Positions 30,348 to 40,666 of a DNA stretch of 64,000 nucleotides are shown in pieces. A program made the position numbers and the translations under genes. Below the pieces are notes generated by a model. That model was given only the letters and a program-made list of their open reading frames with translations, was not told where the DNA came from and searched no databases. Position 1 is the first letter of the stretch. Every line of letters begins with the position of its first letter. This stretch comes from a virus (lineage: Duplodnaviria; Caudoviricetes), in IMG/VR virus record IMGVR_UViG_3300028832_000110, positions 32,001 through 96,000 of that record. One strand, given 5' to 3'.

Positions 30348-30904
30348 TACGAGCCATTGTCTTTGTTTTCGGTCTGAGAAAGCCGCTCCGTAGCGAGTTC
30401 TTGAAGGGTAGCTTCGGCTTCCTTCGCTGTCATCTGTATCAGCGTACCCTTTGCCCCTATCAGCAATGTGGTACTGTTGAAGAATTGTACCAGCGGAACT
30501 TTTTTTTTACCTGTGGTGAGGATTTCAAGCAACTGCATATTGTCGTATTGTCTGACATAGTAGAACCAACGCCAGAGAAACCAGTATTTGAACTTCAATT
30601 TCCAATACCCGTTCAGCAGGTAAATCGCTGCTGCCTTGCAAGCCAACTTGTTATCATCCAGAATTTCGTCAAGTACGTCACTGCCAGTAGTCTTCGAGTC
30701 TTCGGGCTTGTCAACGTCCTTTTTCCTCAGAAGCAGGCGTGACAGCTTCACCAACTGACCGTTTTTCAGCCAATACATCTTATACTTCTTTTTCGTGCGT
30801 AAAATGCCGACCTCAGTAGGATCGTCGTTTATCATCGACAAATATTCCCGCTGTGCGTCTTCGCTCGGCTGATTCAGTTTAGGCTCTTCATCAATTTTTT
30901 CCAT
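30347..30904 (-). CDS. tail assembly chaperone (G-like)
   Basis: Between tail tube and tape measure; contains GGT AAA AAA AAA G. Confidence 0.75.
   Translation of the reverse strand: MEKIDEEPKLNQPSEDAQREYLSMINDDPTEVGILRTKKKYKMYWLKNGQLVKLSRLLLRKKDVDKPEDSKTTGSDVLDEILDDNKLACKAAAIYLLNGYWKLKFKYWFLWRWFYYVRQYDNMQLLEILTTGKKKVPLVQFFNSTTLLIGAKGTLIQMTAKEAEATLQELATERLSQTENKDNGS
30499..30508 (-). other. programmed -1 ribosomal frameshift site
   Basis: A9-G run containing A_AAA_AAG; the -1 frame has no stop for about 50 codons and joins ATG 30347. Confidence 0.75.
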
Positions 30905-30940
30905 ATTCTACCTTTTGTTTAATTCTCTGTTTTTAATTGG

Positions 30941-30978
30941 AAAAAGGGCGGCAGCGGCATATAACCGTCACCGCCCCT
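30941..30978 (-). terminator. putative terminator/attenuator after the tail tube gene
   Basis: GGGCGG...CCGCCC stem with a U-tail on the minus strand. Confidence 0.5.
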
Positions 30979-31025
30979 CAGAAAGTAGGTATTTTGTGGA
31001 AAAGAAATTTTCTCCAAAAACCAGA

Positions 31026-31610
31026 TTATGCACTCTGCAATTCTACGACTGCCAGAGCATCGACAGCAGCACCCTCTTGGATAGAACCAGTGAGAGTAAC
31101 GCACAGAGGCTTGTTTGAGCCGTCGAATACAACGCTTGCCATGAGCTTTGCCTTCTTTACGAAGAAAGCGTTGGTCTCGGTATCGTCGAGGGCGAAGAGA
31201 CCAAGAATAACGGCCTTGCGGAGTCCGCTGAAGGTCTTACCCTTGAAGGTCTTGCCATTGAATACCGTACCAGAACCAGAAACGGTGAGGTCGGAAGCGG
31301 TGAAGCCACAGTAATCAAGAATGTCGGTGTCGTGGCAGGGGATTTCAATGGTGATCTCGGTATCGCCGGGAGTCATCTTAGAAGTCCAGAACACGCCAAG
31401 ACCGTGAATCTTGAAGCCGTCAGTGGTAGGAGTACCCTCATTGTAGCTGAAGCCAGAGTCCTCAGAACAGGGGAACTCACACATCTTGCTCTCGTCAAGA
31501 GTTGCGGCATAAGCACCTTCACTCTCGGTAGTGGCGAAACCACCTTTCATCGCAAACAGCGAGGAAATACCAGTAAGCACATGGGCTTGAAGTTGACTTT
31601 TCGTTTTCAT
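31026..31610 (-). CDS. major tail (tube) protein
   Basis: 194 aa, beta-rich, in the canonical position upstream of chaperones and tape measure. Confidence 0.7.
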   Translation of the reverse strand: MKTKSQLQAHVLTGISSLFAMKGGFATTESEGAYAATLDESKMCEFPCSEDSGFSYNEGTPTTDGFKIHGLGVFWTSKMTPGDTEITIEIPCHDTDILDYCGFTASDLTVSGSGTVFNGKTFKGKTFSGLRKAVILGLFALDDTETNAFFVKKAKLMASVVFDGSNKPLCVTLTGSIQEGAAVDALAVVELQSA

Positions 31611-31623
31611 ATCGCTAAACTTT

Positions 31624-32058
31624 TTAAGAATTTATAAATGCGTTTGCTTTAGTTTTAAGAACAAACGTGATAGATGTGACGTGGAATCCGTTTTTGTCAT
31701 AACCCCCATGCAGAATAGAGGGCTTCGTGGCACTGATATGCTCTGCGTTATACGGAAATCCCTTCTTTACAGAATAGGCGAGACCAGTCTGAGCCTGCAA
31801 GTTGAGCGTGGTGTTGCTCTTAGCCTTGCAATAGACGTAGAGAATGCCGCGAGTATGCAATGCAAAATCCATGTTTCCCGCTGCGTAGTCTTTGACCTCG
31901 GCAGGCAGCTCGATGGTAATGAATCGCTTCATCGTATCGGCGGTCTTGTCTGGACGGTTGCCTAAGAAAATCTCGGTCTTGCGGTCAACATAGTTAGCCG
32001 CGAAGTCTATCAATTCATCATAGATAATCTCCAGTGGGTTTCTCTCTTGATCTGCCAT
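31624..32058 (-). CDS. tail completion/terminator-like protein
   Basis: Size and position directly upstream of the tail tube gene. Confidence 0.55.
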   Translation of the reverse strand: MADQERNPLEIIYDELIDFAANYVDRKTEIFLGNRPDKTADTMKRFITIELPAEVKDYAAGNMDFALHTRGILYVYCKAKSNTTLNLQAQTGLAYSVKKGFPYNAEHISATKPSILHGGYDKNGFHVTSITFVLKTKANAFINS

Positions 32059-32603
32059 TATGCTGCAATTTTAAGGAAGTTGATACCAACATTCTCCGCA
32101 TATTGATAGGTTTGAACGATACCAGTGCTTGCTCTATGGTCTTCGATCCATTGTGCATATTCTACGGGATAGGCAACTACTATGTCGAATAGGTTATTGC
32201 CGTTGGGCTTGTGCTCGTAGAAATATTCTCTGGCATCATCTACACCCCATCCACCATTAGTTTGAATCGTAGGCAAATACGCTGAGTTTTCTCCGTCGTA
32301 ATCGGGATTGAAGAAATAACGTCTGCGCTTGCGCTGCTTCATCTTCATCTGAATGGCTTCAGCCGCATACTGAGCTGCGTAATAGGCTATGACGGGTTCA
32401 CCCTTGCGATAGAGGCAAACGACTATTGAGTTGAGCAAATTACCCGTAAAGTTGTGGGCTTTGGGGTTGGTTTGTCTCGCCTTAACAGCCTCAGTGCAGA
32501 GTTTCATGCAATAGGTCTTACATTGACCCTCAACCTCGTTGAGAATGTCATTCCAGTAATTATCTACTGCATTCTTGACCTTGCTTCTGTTAATTGCGTC
32601 CAT
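32058..32603 (-). CDS. neck/tail component (HK97 gp10-like)
   Basis: NFTGNLLNSI and YAQWIE motifs; start placed at MDAINRSK (32603). Confidence 0.6.
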   Translation of the reverse strand: MDAINRSKVKNAVDNYWNDILNEVEGQCKTYCMKLCTEAVKARQTNPKAHNFTGNLLNSIVVCLYRKGEPVIAYYAAQYAAEAIQMKMKQRKRRRYFFNPDYDGENSAYLPTIQTNGGWGVDDAREYFYEHKPNGNNLFDIVVAYPVEYAQWIEDHRASTGIVQTYQYAENVGINFLKIAA

Positions 32604-32925
32604 ACTTCCACAATATATGTGTGCCAAGGTTTCCGGGCATACGGTCAATCACTATTCCCTCTTCCTTGAATCCAAACTTATCGACAACTACTTCATCCCC
32701 TTCCTGCGGGATAGTCTCTTCAGTCCATTCGTCCTGTTTTTGAGGCAAAGCGAGCTTGCGGTTCGATACGACCACATCACCTTTGTCCGACGTTGTTTGA
32801 ACATCATAACTACGGCAAATCCCATCATATATCACGATGCTCTCACCTTCGTCCTTTGACGGATCAGAGGCTCCTGGGCGCGTTATCGTGCAGTGATGCG
32901 GGAATCTGGGATTGCTTACAGCCAT
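32590..32925 (-). CDS. head closure / head-tail joining protein
   Basis: NPRFPHHCTITR motif; position after the connector gene. Confidence 0.55.
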   Translation of the reverse strand: MAVSNPRFPHHCTITRPGASDPSKDEGESIVIYDGICRSYDVQTTSDKGDVVVSNRKLALPQKQDEWTEETIPQEGDEVVVDKFGFKEEGIVIDRMPGNLGTHILWKYGRN

Positions 32926-32930
32926 AGCAG

Positions 32931-33353
32931 TTATCGGGTTTTACGACCTCCAGAATAGCGGATATTATGAAAACCATTGCCAATCATATCCCAAGAATTA
33001 CTCCCTACCTTCGGCAGTTCATACTTCTCGAATATCTCATTGGCCATACGCAGAAAACGGTTCAACACGTTTGCCGACATCTGCTCACCACCCTCAGAGT
33101 GTGACCAGTCACCATCTTTATCACTCACTTTCTCAGACATCGTGGGTGATCCCGCAATCCAGACATAGAGATAGGCAGTCGCTAAGTCAAGCTGCTTCTC
33201 ACTGAGGGTTTCGACATCGGCTCCTGCCTCAATCTTAGCCCCCGCTTTCTTGCCTGCATCTACGAGGATGGTAGGTAAGGCATCGTCCGTAACTTTTACA
33301 TTACGGACTTTGCCTTTTAGGTATTGCTCGATTGTGAAAGTTTCCATCGGCAT
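32931..33353 (-). CDS. head-tail connector/adaptor protein
   Basis: Directly downstream of the capsid gene; DLATAYLY and DGDWSHSEGG motifs. Confidence 0.6.
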   Translation of the reverse strand: MPMETFTIEQYLKGKVRNVKVTDDALPTILVDAGKKAGAKIEAGADVETLSEKQLDLATAYLYVWIAGSPTMSEKVSDKDGDWSHSEGGEQMSANVLNRFLRMANEIFEKYELPKVGSNSWDMIGNGFHNIRYSGGRKTR

Positions 33354-33364
33354 ATCACATCAGT

Positions 33365-34510
33365 TTATGATTCCTTCCATACGGTGAAGAAACCAATCTC
33401 ACGAATGTTGTTGAACACGGGAGCGGCGTACAACTCGCAGTCTACAACGTTCTTGAACGGACGCTCTTCCGTAGAACTCAGAACCATGATACGGTCTTCC
33501 ACAAGGTGATACTTGTGGTTTGCACCGATCTGAGAGGTGAATTGCTGACGGTCGATGTAGATGGAGTTGGTACACTTCATTTCAAACGGCACGATACCAG
33601 AGTTGCAAGCAACAAGGTTGTGCTCGTCGAAAGCAGGAGCATCGGGGATTGCCAGACCATCCTCTTCGTGACGGCTCTTGAAGTCAATCACGTCGAACAT
33701 CCACACACCCATGTCGTGCATATACGACAGAATCTCACTGGGCTTCAGCTTCACATCACTGGGATTGAAGTAGTTGGCGCGGGCGAGACAAGCGTGAATC
33801 ACGGCGGGGTGCTTCAGCAGGCGGTCAAACAATTCCTTAGCCATCTTCCAGTGGTCAACGGCGAGGAAGAGGTCACGGGTGAGGTACTGCTGTGCGTCAA
33901 GCATATCCTGAATAGGATCAGCATTCTCGTTGGCGACAATCTTGCCACCCACAACAGTCCACCACTCCTTACCGGCCTCGGTCTTGATGAAGTGGTTGTC
34001 AGCAATCGGGAACTTGAAGTCGTACTTCGTACCGTCAATGCTGAACTCCTTAATCTCACCAGTGGAGAGAGCCTGCAAGGTCACGTAGTTCAACTCGGCA
34101 TGAACACCGCCAATCATGGCGTTGCTGCGAGTCTCTACTTTCTCGGTCATGAGGATGGGGAACGGTACCTGGGTCTTGTCACGCTCGTCGCGCATCTTGA
34201 AGAGGTCGTCTTCATCAATGCTGAAGCCGTGACCCATCTTCAAGATAGAACCACCGTAGTATTTCCAACCCTCTCCGTTACGCTGTGGCTTCTGCGAGTG
34301 AGTGCCAAGCAGCGAAGCACGAACGAGGATGGGAACTTCCTTCTGACCCTGAATCCACTCCTTAGAGTTGGATGGGCGACCCCAATCCGCATATTTGCGC
34401 CAGATTGCAGTATTGTACTTCTCGTTGGTACGGTCAAGGATCATACCGAAATTCTGCGCACTGACATAGCGGCGCAGGTCATTAATGTTATATTGACTAA
34501 CGTCTCTCAT
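33365..34510 (-). CDS. major capsid protein
   Basis: 381 aa with lambda-E-like features (QALSTG, ADPIQDM); highly biased codons; after scaffold and decoration genes. Confidence 0.8.
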   Translation of the reverse strand: MRDVSQYNINDLRRYVSAQNFGMILDRTNEKYNTAIWRKYADWGRPSNSKEWIQGQKEVPILVRASLLGTHSQKPQRNGEGWKYYGGSILKMGHGFSIDEDDLFKMRDERDKTQVPFPILMTEKVETRSNAMIGGVHAELNYVTLQALSTGEIKEFSIDGTKYDFKFPIADNHFIKTEAGKEWWTVVGGKIVANENADPIQDMLDAQQYLTRDLFLAVDHWKMAKELFDRLLKHPAVIHACLARANYFNPSDVKLKPSEILSYMHDMGVWMFDVIDFKSRHEEDGLAIPDAPAFDEHNLVACNSGIVPFEMKCTNSIYIDRQQFTSQIGANHKYHLVEDRIMVLSSTEERPFKNVVDCELYAAPVFNNIREIGFFTVWKES

Positions 34511-34531
34511 AATTCAGTTCCTCCTTAACTT

Positions 34532-35176
34532 TTACTTACGGTTAGACCAACGGAAGAAGCAGCCTGCATCAGCCAGAGCCTTCTTGATGGCATCGGTGAT
34601 AGGCGGCATACGACGTTCCAGTACAGGGAAGTCGAGGCAGTTCCAAGCACCATCACCATCGGCGGCAACAGCCTCTTTTGCAAGGCAGGTGTCGTAGGGG
34701 GTAAGGGCATTGGGTACGCACTTGGGCTTCAACTGAGCGTTGGCGATACACAGAATCGAACCCTCAACCATTCCTTCGGGAACAGCGTTCACCGTCAGAA
34801 TGTCGAAGTCTGCATTAGAGTTGTCGATCTCCGTAACCGTTGCAGCAGCGGCGGCAGCAGTAGTAAGGTTGTTGGGGATGACAATCAGAGAGTCACCTAC
34901 CTTTGCGCGGGTGCCCTCGTTGAACTTCTCAACGCGAATCTCACCTTCGGCAACTGCCTTGACGCGGAAAGTGATAAGAGGCACGATGGTACGAGCCTGC
35001 TCGTCACAATACACGGGAGTGCCTGCCGGGAGTACGTTGCCAGCGGCGGGAAGGTCTTTGATGTCGTAGTTGAAACCACCGACAAGCAGTTTCACCTCAC
35101 CCTCAAACACCTTGCGGAATCCACCAATCTTTCCAGAGAACTGGACTTGCTGATTGAAAGTACCTTGAATTGGCAT
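34532..35176 (-). CDS. head decoration / minor capsid protein
   Basis: VLPAGTPV and ERRMPPI motifs; between scaffold and capsid. Confidence 0.65.
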   Translation of the reverse strand: MPIQGTFNQQVQFSGKIGGFRKVFEGEVKLLVGGFNYDIKDLPAAGNVLPAGTPVYCDEQARTIVPLITFRVKAVAEGEIRVEKFNEGTRAKVGDSLIVIPNNLTTAAAAAATVTEIDNSNADFDILTVNAVPEGMVEGSILCIANAQLKPKCVPNALTPYDTCLAKEAVAADGDGAWNCLDFPVLERRMPPITDAIKKALADAGCFFRWSNRK

Positions 35177-35211
35177 AATAAAACGAGTTTGTTGTTAAAC
35201 ATTAGAATCTG

Positions 35212-36072
35212 CTAAACCAGACCCTCCTTGATAGTCTTCTGTCTCTCAGCGTTGGCTTGGTCTTTCTTGAACTTGTCTTCGAGGTATTTCTTAACCTCTT
35301 CGTCAACTCCATCACCATCCTCACCACCTGCTGAGACACCGCCAAAGGGCTTTCCACCGTCACCATAGGCTTCCTTATAGACAGACTCGTACTCCTTTTT
35401 GACAGAGAGTTTGAGCTTGTCAACGTCTGCCTCCGCAACCTTCTCAATGCCACCGACAATATTCTTGACGGCGAGATTGATGGCGAAATCCTTGTTGGCT
35501 TTCTCACCTTTGAGGAAATCCTTCAGCTCCTGCCCGATTTTGGCGAGTTGGGCTTGCTCTTGGTTGTGGTTCTGGGTCTTGATGAATTCTGCGGTCTGGT
35601 TGAGCTGACCACCAATCAAGCCACTCTTTCCGTCTTCACCGAAAAGTTTCTTGTTGTAGTCTGCGAGTGCCTTTTCAACAGCCTTTGCAACATCAGTGTT
35701 TTCTCCACCCTTGTTGCCATTACCATCGCCGTTTCCATCACCATCACCTTCGCCTTTACCACCTTTGCCGTTGGTTTTCTCCCATTCGACTTTGGCCGCT
35801 GCGACGGCATCATCAATGGCTTTCTGTACCTTGGTTTTGTTCTGAGCCTCATAGTCCTGCGCAAACTTCATGCGTGAAGCCTTTGCCTGACCTGCGAAAT
35901 TCTTTAACGCAGTGATTGGCTCATTCCACGTATCATCGTTGATCTTGTCATCCTCGGCAAAACGTGGCAGATACACCTCGGCCATAGACTCAAATGTCTG
36001 GTCGCTAATGAACTCGTGATTGTCTTCTCCAACACGGGTTTTGAACTCTTGAACTAAGTTTGTCTTCTCCAT
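35212..36072 (-). CDS. capsid scaffolding protein
   Basis: Charged helical protein with a Gly/Asp linker; first gene of the head operon. Confidence 0.65.
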   Translation of the reverse strand: MEKTNLVQEFKTRVGEDNHEFISDQTFESMAEVYLPRFAEDDKINDDTWNEPITALKNFAGQAKASRMKFAQDYEAQNKTKVQKAIDDAVAAAKVEWEKTNGKGGKGEGDGDGNGDGNGNKGGENTDVAKAVEKALADYNKKLFGEDGKSGLIGGQLNQTAEFIKTQNHNQEQAQLAKIGQELKDFLKGEKANKDFAINLAVKNIVGGIEKVAEADVDKLKLSVKKEYESVYKEAYGDGGKPFGGVSAGGEDGDGVDEEVKKYLEDKFKKDQANAERQKTIKEGLV

Positions 36073-36104
36073 ACTTAATTTTTTAATTGGGTAAAAATTC
36101 GTGA

Positions 36105-36204
36105 CAAATTTAGATTTTATTTCACGTAAATAGATATAAATATTCTGAAATCTTTACATTTTTGATGATAAATATCTATTTTGATAGAGAAATTTCTAAA
36201 TTTG
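36105..36204. promoter_or_regulatory. divergent promoters for the head/tail operon (-) and terminase operon (+)
   Basis: TAAATTTG on minus (36105-36112) and on plus (36197-36204). Confidence 0.65.
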
Positions 36205-36224
36205 CGCATGAATTTCAAAGATAT

Positions 36225-38885
36225 ATGCAGATGAATAATTTTACGGGTTTTTTGACAAAAGATGGAAAACCAGTGCTGACGAATGAATTCATAAACGAAT
36301 TGCGGGAGCGAGAAAAAGACAAAATCCAGTCGAATAATTTCATCGCTCAACTCGGCCCACAGGAAGACGATTTACACGCAAGCGTTGACATTCTCATTAC
36401 TGGAGGAAATCGTGGCGGCGGCAAAGCCAACCCATACGACACGCCCATAATTACGCCCGACGGCACAAAGTTAATGGGCGATCTGAAAATCGGCGACAGA
36501 ATTTGTACGCCATACGAGGGTGTTCAGAGAGTGACGAATATTTTCGAGAAAGGAATGAACACCATCTACACCTTCCATTTCGATGACGGTACGACGTTGC
36601 AGTGTATGGATGAACACCGATTCTGGGCGAAGAAAGTATGTTCCGGCGATTTTAAGGAATATACGGCGCGGGAGTTGATGGATAACTATAAAATCGACGC
36701 GAAATTTCCGATGTCACTGCGTCGCGGAAAAGAACTCGTAGAAATCCCGATTTGCGGAGAGGTGGATATTAACGAGGAAATGACACCGCTTGACCTTCCA
36801 ATTCATCCCTTCATTTTCGGACATATCTGTGGCTCTGGTTCCTGGGATTTCTCAAAGCAGGGCGTTTATCTGAAGAATAGCCCGACGATTGTAAGGGCTG
36901 CTTTCAAGTACGGATATAAGGTCAAGATCATTAACGGCATTTATTATCTGCGTGGAGTAACCGACGATAACCGACGGAAAATTACGTGTTGCCGTAACGA
37001 ACAGCCATCGCGCATTCCAAAAGAATACCTTACCGCCTCCGTTCAGGCGCGTTGGGATTTGCTGCGAGGAATATTCGTTGAAAACGGCAGGTCAAAAAGC
37101 AAGCATCCGTATCTCGCAAATACCAACAAGAAATTCATCGAAGACGTGGCTACGTTAGCAAGGTCTCTGGGAATGTGGGCGAAAGTATCTGAGGTTTTGG
37201 ATGACCCCGAACGCATAGGACAATGGCAGGTTCAGATTATTGCGCCTAATGACAAGGATATTTGGGTAAAAACCACATACAAGGAACGTGCCCACGAAAA
37301 TGCCGCAAAACCCAAAGACCCAAGCAGTCGCGGTTGCCTCACGAAAAAAGTGCTGTACGTCACCAAAAACAAGACGAAGAAAAATTGCAGGTGCATAACC
37401 GTTAGCGGAAACCACCATTTGTACCTCAGTGATGACTTCACGATAAATCACAATACCTTCACCTTGCTCATGGAGCCGATGTACGACATCGACAACCCCC
37501 GCTTCAACGGCATTATATTCCGTAAGGAGAAAGATGACCTCACGAATATCATCCGTGACAGCCGACTCCTATATTCGCCATTCGGACACTTCAATAAGTC
37601 CAAAGACGATTTGACATGGTACTTCGACAGCCAAGCCGAATTGTCTCTGACCTACTACGCCGATGCCTACGATGACTTCAAAGACAGATTCCAAGGCCGA
37701 CAATACAGCTATATCGGCATTGACGAGATTACGCAGATAGAATACGAGAAATTCAAGTATCTCATTACCTGTAACCGTAATGCCGCCAACATCAAAAACC
37801 GTATCATCGGCACTTGCAACCCCGATCCCTTGTCATGGGTTAGAAAGTTCATTGACTGGTGGATTGGAGAGGATGGTTTCGCCATTCCAGAGCGCAATGG
37901 CGTGATACGCTACTGCTATATGAAGGGCGATAGCGTAGATACCATTGTTTGGGGTGACACTCCCGAAGAGGTCTATGAGCAATGCAAAGACGAGATTGAT
38001 AAGCTGTGGCAACCCGAATACGGTGAAATGGGCTTTAGGAAAGAGACCATGTTCACCAAATCCGTTACCTTCATCCGTGCTGAACTGAAATATAACAAGA
38101 AACTGCTTCAGACCGACCCCAACTATGTAGGTGGTCTGGCACAGCAGGGAGAGGAACAGCAAGCCCGTGACCTTCAAGGCAACTGGAACTTCATGTCGAT
38201 GGGCGATGACCTTATCAAAATGGTGCATTTGCAGCGTTGCTTCCAGAATCCTCAGATGCGAGGCGACGGCGTACACAGAGCAACTTGCGACGTGGCGTTT
38301 ACTGGAGGTGACAACTGCGTGTTGTGGCATTGGATTGGTTGGCACGTCGAAGATGTGTTTGTATGTAAGTTGGATAGCGTAGATACTTGCCGTGCTATAA
38401 AAGCCAAACTGGAGGAATGGGGTGTGTTGGAAAAGAACTTCACCTACGACCTCAACGGCCTTGGTCAAACATTCAAAGGATTTTTCAAGGAAGCCCGCCC
38501 ATTCAACAACGTGGAGGCAGTGGCGCAAAGATTCAAGAATATTTACGACAACAAGAAATCTCAGTGTATGTATCTCTTCGCAAAGAAAATCATTGCCGGA
38601 GAGATCAGTTTCAACGAAGACATTCTCAGACGGAAGTTTGAGGTGGGAAAGAAAAATGGTAGAAAAGGGCAGGTGATGTACCTCGCCGACATTCTGCAAC
38701 TGGAGCGCAAATGCGTGAGGCAGGATGAAAGCAAAGCCGATAAGGGTTGGTGTATCATAAAGAAAGAGCAGATGAAACAGTTGGTTGGGTGGTCGCCCGA
38801 CTTCTGGGAGTCGCTGATGATGCGGCAGGACTTTGAGGTTAGCCAAAGGACAATAGCCATCCCTTCATGGATTCGTAATTTCTAA
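36225..38885 (+). CDS. terL: terminase large subunit containing an intein
   Basis: Walker A GGNRGGGK|T interrupted by the intein, Walker B IGIDE, GTCNP coupling motif, nuclease DVAFTGGD and SPD; start placed at the ATG after the -7 box (ORF track starts at 36162). Confidence 0.92.
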   Translation: MQMNNFTGFLTKDGKPVLTNEFINELREREKDKIQSNNFIAQLGPQEDDLHASVDILITGGNRGGGKANPYDTPIITPDGTKLMGDLKIGDRICTPYEGVQRVTNIFEKGMNTIYTFHFDDGTTLQCMDEHRFWAKKVCSGDFKEYTARELMDNYKIDAKFPMSLRRGKELVEIPICGEVDINEEMTPLDLPIHPFIFGHICGSGSWDFSKQGVYLKNSPTIVRAAFKYGYKVKIINGIYYLRGVTDDNRRKITCCRNEQPSRIPKEYLTASVQARWDLLRGIFVENGRSKSKHPYLANTNKKFIEDVATLARSLGMWAKVSEVLDDPERIGQWQVQIIAPNDKDIWVKTTYKERAHENAAKPKDPSSRGCLTKKVLYVTKNKTKKNCRCITVSGNHHLYLSDDFTINHNTFTLLMEPMYDIDNPRFNGIIFRKEKDDLTNIIRDSRLLYSPFGHFNKSKDDLTWYFDSQAELSLTYYADAYDDFKDRFQGRQYSYIGIDEITQIEYEKFKYLITCNRNAANIKNRIIGTCNPDPLSWVRKFIDWWIGEDGFAIPERNGVIRYCYMKGDSVDTIVWGDTPEEVYEQCKDEIDKLWQPEYGEMGFRKETMFTKSVTFIRAELKYNKKLLQTDPNYVGGLAQQGEEQQARDLQGNWNFMSMGDDLIKMVHLQRCFQNPQMRGDGVHRATCDVAFTGGDNCVLWHWIGWHVEDVFVCKLDSVDTCRAIKAKLEEWGVLEKNFTYDLNGLGQTFKGFFKEARPFNNVEAVAQRFKNIYDNKKSQCMYLFAKKIIAGEISFNEDILRRKFEVGKKNGRKGQVMYLADILQLERKCVRQDESKADKGWCIIKKEQMKQLVGWSPDFWESLMMRQDFEVSQRTIAIPSWIRNF
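36426..37454 (+). mobile_element. intein (343 aa, Ala1, class 3-like) with a degenerate LAGLIDADG domain
   Basis: K|ANPYDTPIITPDG ... CRCITVSGNHHLYLSDDFTINHN|T; removing it restores GGGKT. Confidence 0.88.
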
Positions 38886-38897
38886 AATTGATTTATT

Positions 38898-40655
38898 ATG
38901 GAAGCAAAACAAAAAATCATGCCATTAAGGGAAATCTTGACAAAGAAGCCCTTTACCCGTGTAATGCCAGACGGTCATTACGATCACGGTGAAAGATGGA
39001 ATGAGATTACGGAAGAATCCCCCGTTCAAGACTATCTCCGCAGAAAGATTGTCACGCAGGAGGATTTCGCCCGCGAACTCGACCCATGCGGACACCTTAT
39101 CAACGACAGAGAATACTATCCCGATGTCTGGCGACAGAACACCGTCGATGGACTATGGTATCTGGAGGAAGTGCCTCGATATGCCTTTGCCTTTCAGCAG
39201 GTGATATTGCATAACCAACTCACACACCTCACTGGAAACGACATTCAGTTTGAACTCGCGGATAAGAAGGAGGATGAAAACTCACGCGAAATCTACAACG
39301 CATTCAAATCCGGGTGGGCTGACAAGAATATGGAGGTGGCTTGGTATCAGTTCGCCAAATCCGTTAAGGCTACTGGCGATGCCGCCTTTGTCGGCTATCT
39401 CGACAACGGAGAGTTTGGTTGGAAGGTGTTGTCTTTCCTCAATGGCGATAAGCTCTATCCACACTACGACCTCAAAACTGGAAAGCTCAACGCATTTGCA
39501 CGTACATATAGTAATTATGATGAGAGTGGCAGGACAACAAGGCGTTATGTAGATGTGTGGGATAACACCTACTACTACCGCTTTGCCGCCGAAGGTGATC
39601 CAGAAGGTGTGTTGGAGAAATGGAAAAACGCCATTATGTCATTGTTCAATGTCAATGGCTACCACCTCGACTGCCCGCCAGAAGAGCATGGCTTCGACAC
39701 CATACCCGTTGCCTACCAACGTGACGATAACGGTGCGTGTTGGACGTTCTCGCAGGAAACCATCGACAACTACGAAATGGCATTCAGCAGACTGGCTCAG
39801 AACAACCATGACTTCGGCCTGCCTATCATGTATGTAAAGGGTGAGGGTTCGCAAGAGGTTACTAAGAAGGATATGAGCCATGCCAGTAAGATATTCATTC
39901 TCCCCTCAGACGGAGAGATTGGATTCTTGAACCGTCAGGATGCCTCCAATGCCTATAAGACAGAACTTGACATTTTGGAAAACCAAATCTATTGTCAGAG
40001 TCACGTCGTAAAGACACCAGAGTTGAAGTCCGGCGACCTCCCCGCTGCTGCCATTAAGTTGCTCTATACCCCTGCCTACAACAAGGCCATGAGTGACAGC
40101 AACGAATATGCGGTATCTATCAACCACATCGTCTATATCTTCAAGTTCGGCTATGGCGTGGAGGCAGAACGCCGCCTTGACTTCATGAATACGAAGATCA
40201 GCCACTACATCAAGCCATATATCCACCTCAACGAAACTGAATTGACAACCAATCTGGCTACGCAGGTGCAGAACGGCTTCTTGTCAAAGCAGACGGCATC
40301 GGAGAAATCTCCTTATGCCACACCGCAGGAATGGAACAGAATCTTGCAGGAAAAGAAGCAGGAGCAGGAGCAAGAGCTTCTGATGCAGGAGCAAAAACTG
40401 ATTATCCAGAGCGAGATAGCAGTTGATGAAGCCGAAAAGATGGCAGAGATTGATGCCTCGTACTCTAACGAAACCACAACCACCAACGGCACTACCACCA
40501 CCACTAAGTCAGCCCGCAAGGTAAGAGGACATAAGGGTTCTATTGCCAAAGGTCACGGCAAAACCGCCGACGGCACTTACGAAAAGGCAGGCTATGACCG
40601 TTGGGGCAACAAGGATGGTAAGAACGGTTGGGAAAAATGGAATCGTACTCACTAA
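38898..40655 (+). CDS. portal protein (SPP1 gp6-like)
   Basis: 585 aa directly after terL; SVKATGDA, IDNYE, AAIKLLY and GFLSKQTA motifs. Confidence 0.85.
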   Translation: MEAKQKIMPLREILTKKPFTRVMPDGHYDHGERWNEITEESPVQDYLRRKIVTQEDFARELDPCGHLINDREYYPDVWRQNTVDGLWYLEEVPRYAFAFQQVILHNQLTHLTGNDIQFELADKKEDENSREIYNAFKSGWADKNMEVAWYQFAKSVKATGDAAFVGYLDNGEFGWKVLSFLNGDKLYPHYDLKTGKLNAFARTYSNYDESGRTTRRYVDVWDNTYYYRFAAEGDPEGVLEKWKNAIMSLFNVNGYHLDCPPEEHGFDTIPVAYQRDDNGACWTFSQETIDNYEMAFSRLAQNNHDFGLPIMYVKGEGSQEVTKKDMSHASKIFILPSDGEIGFLNRQDASNAYKTELDILENQIYCQSHVVKTPELKSGDLPAAAIKLLYTPAYNKAMSDSNEYAVSINHIVYIFKFGYGVEAERRLDFMNTKISHYIKPYIHLNETELTTNLATQVQNGFLSKQTASEKSPYATPQEWNRILQEKKQEQEQELLMQEQKLIIQSEIAVDEAEKMAEIDASYSNETTTTNGTTTTTKSARKVRGHKGSIAKGHGKTADGTYEKAGYDRWGNKDGKNGWEKWNRTH

Positions 40656-40666
40656 ACTAATCAGGT

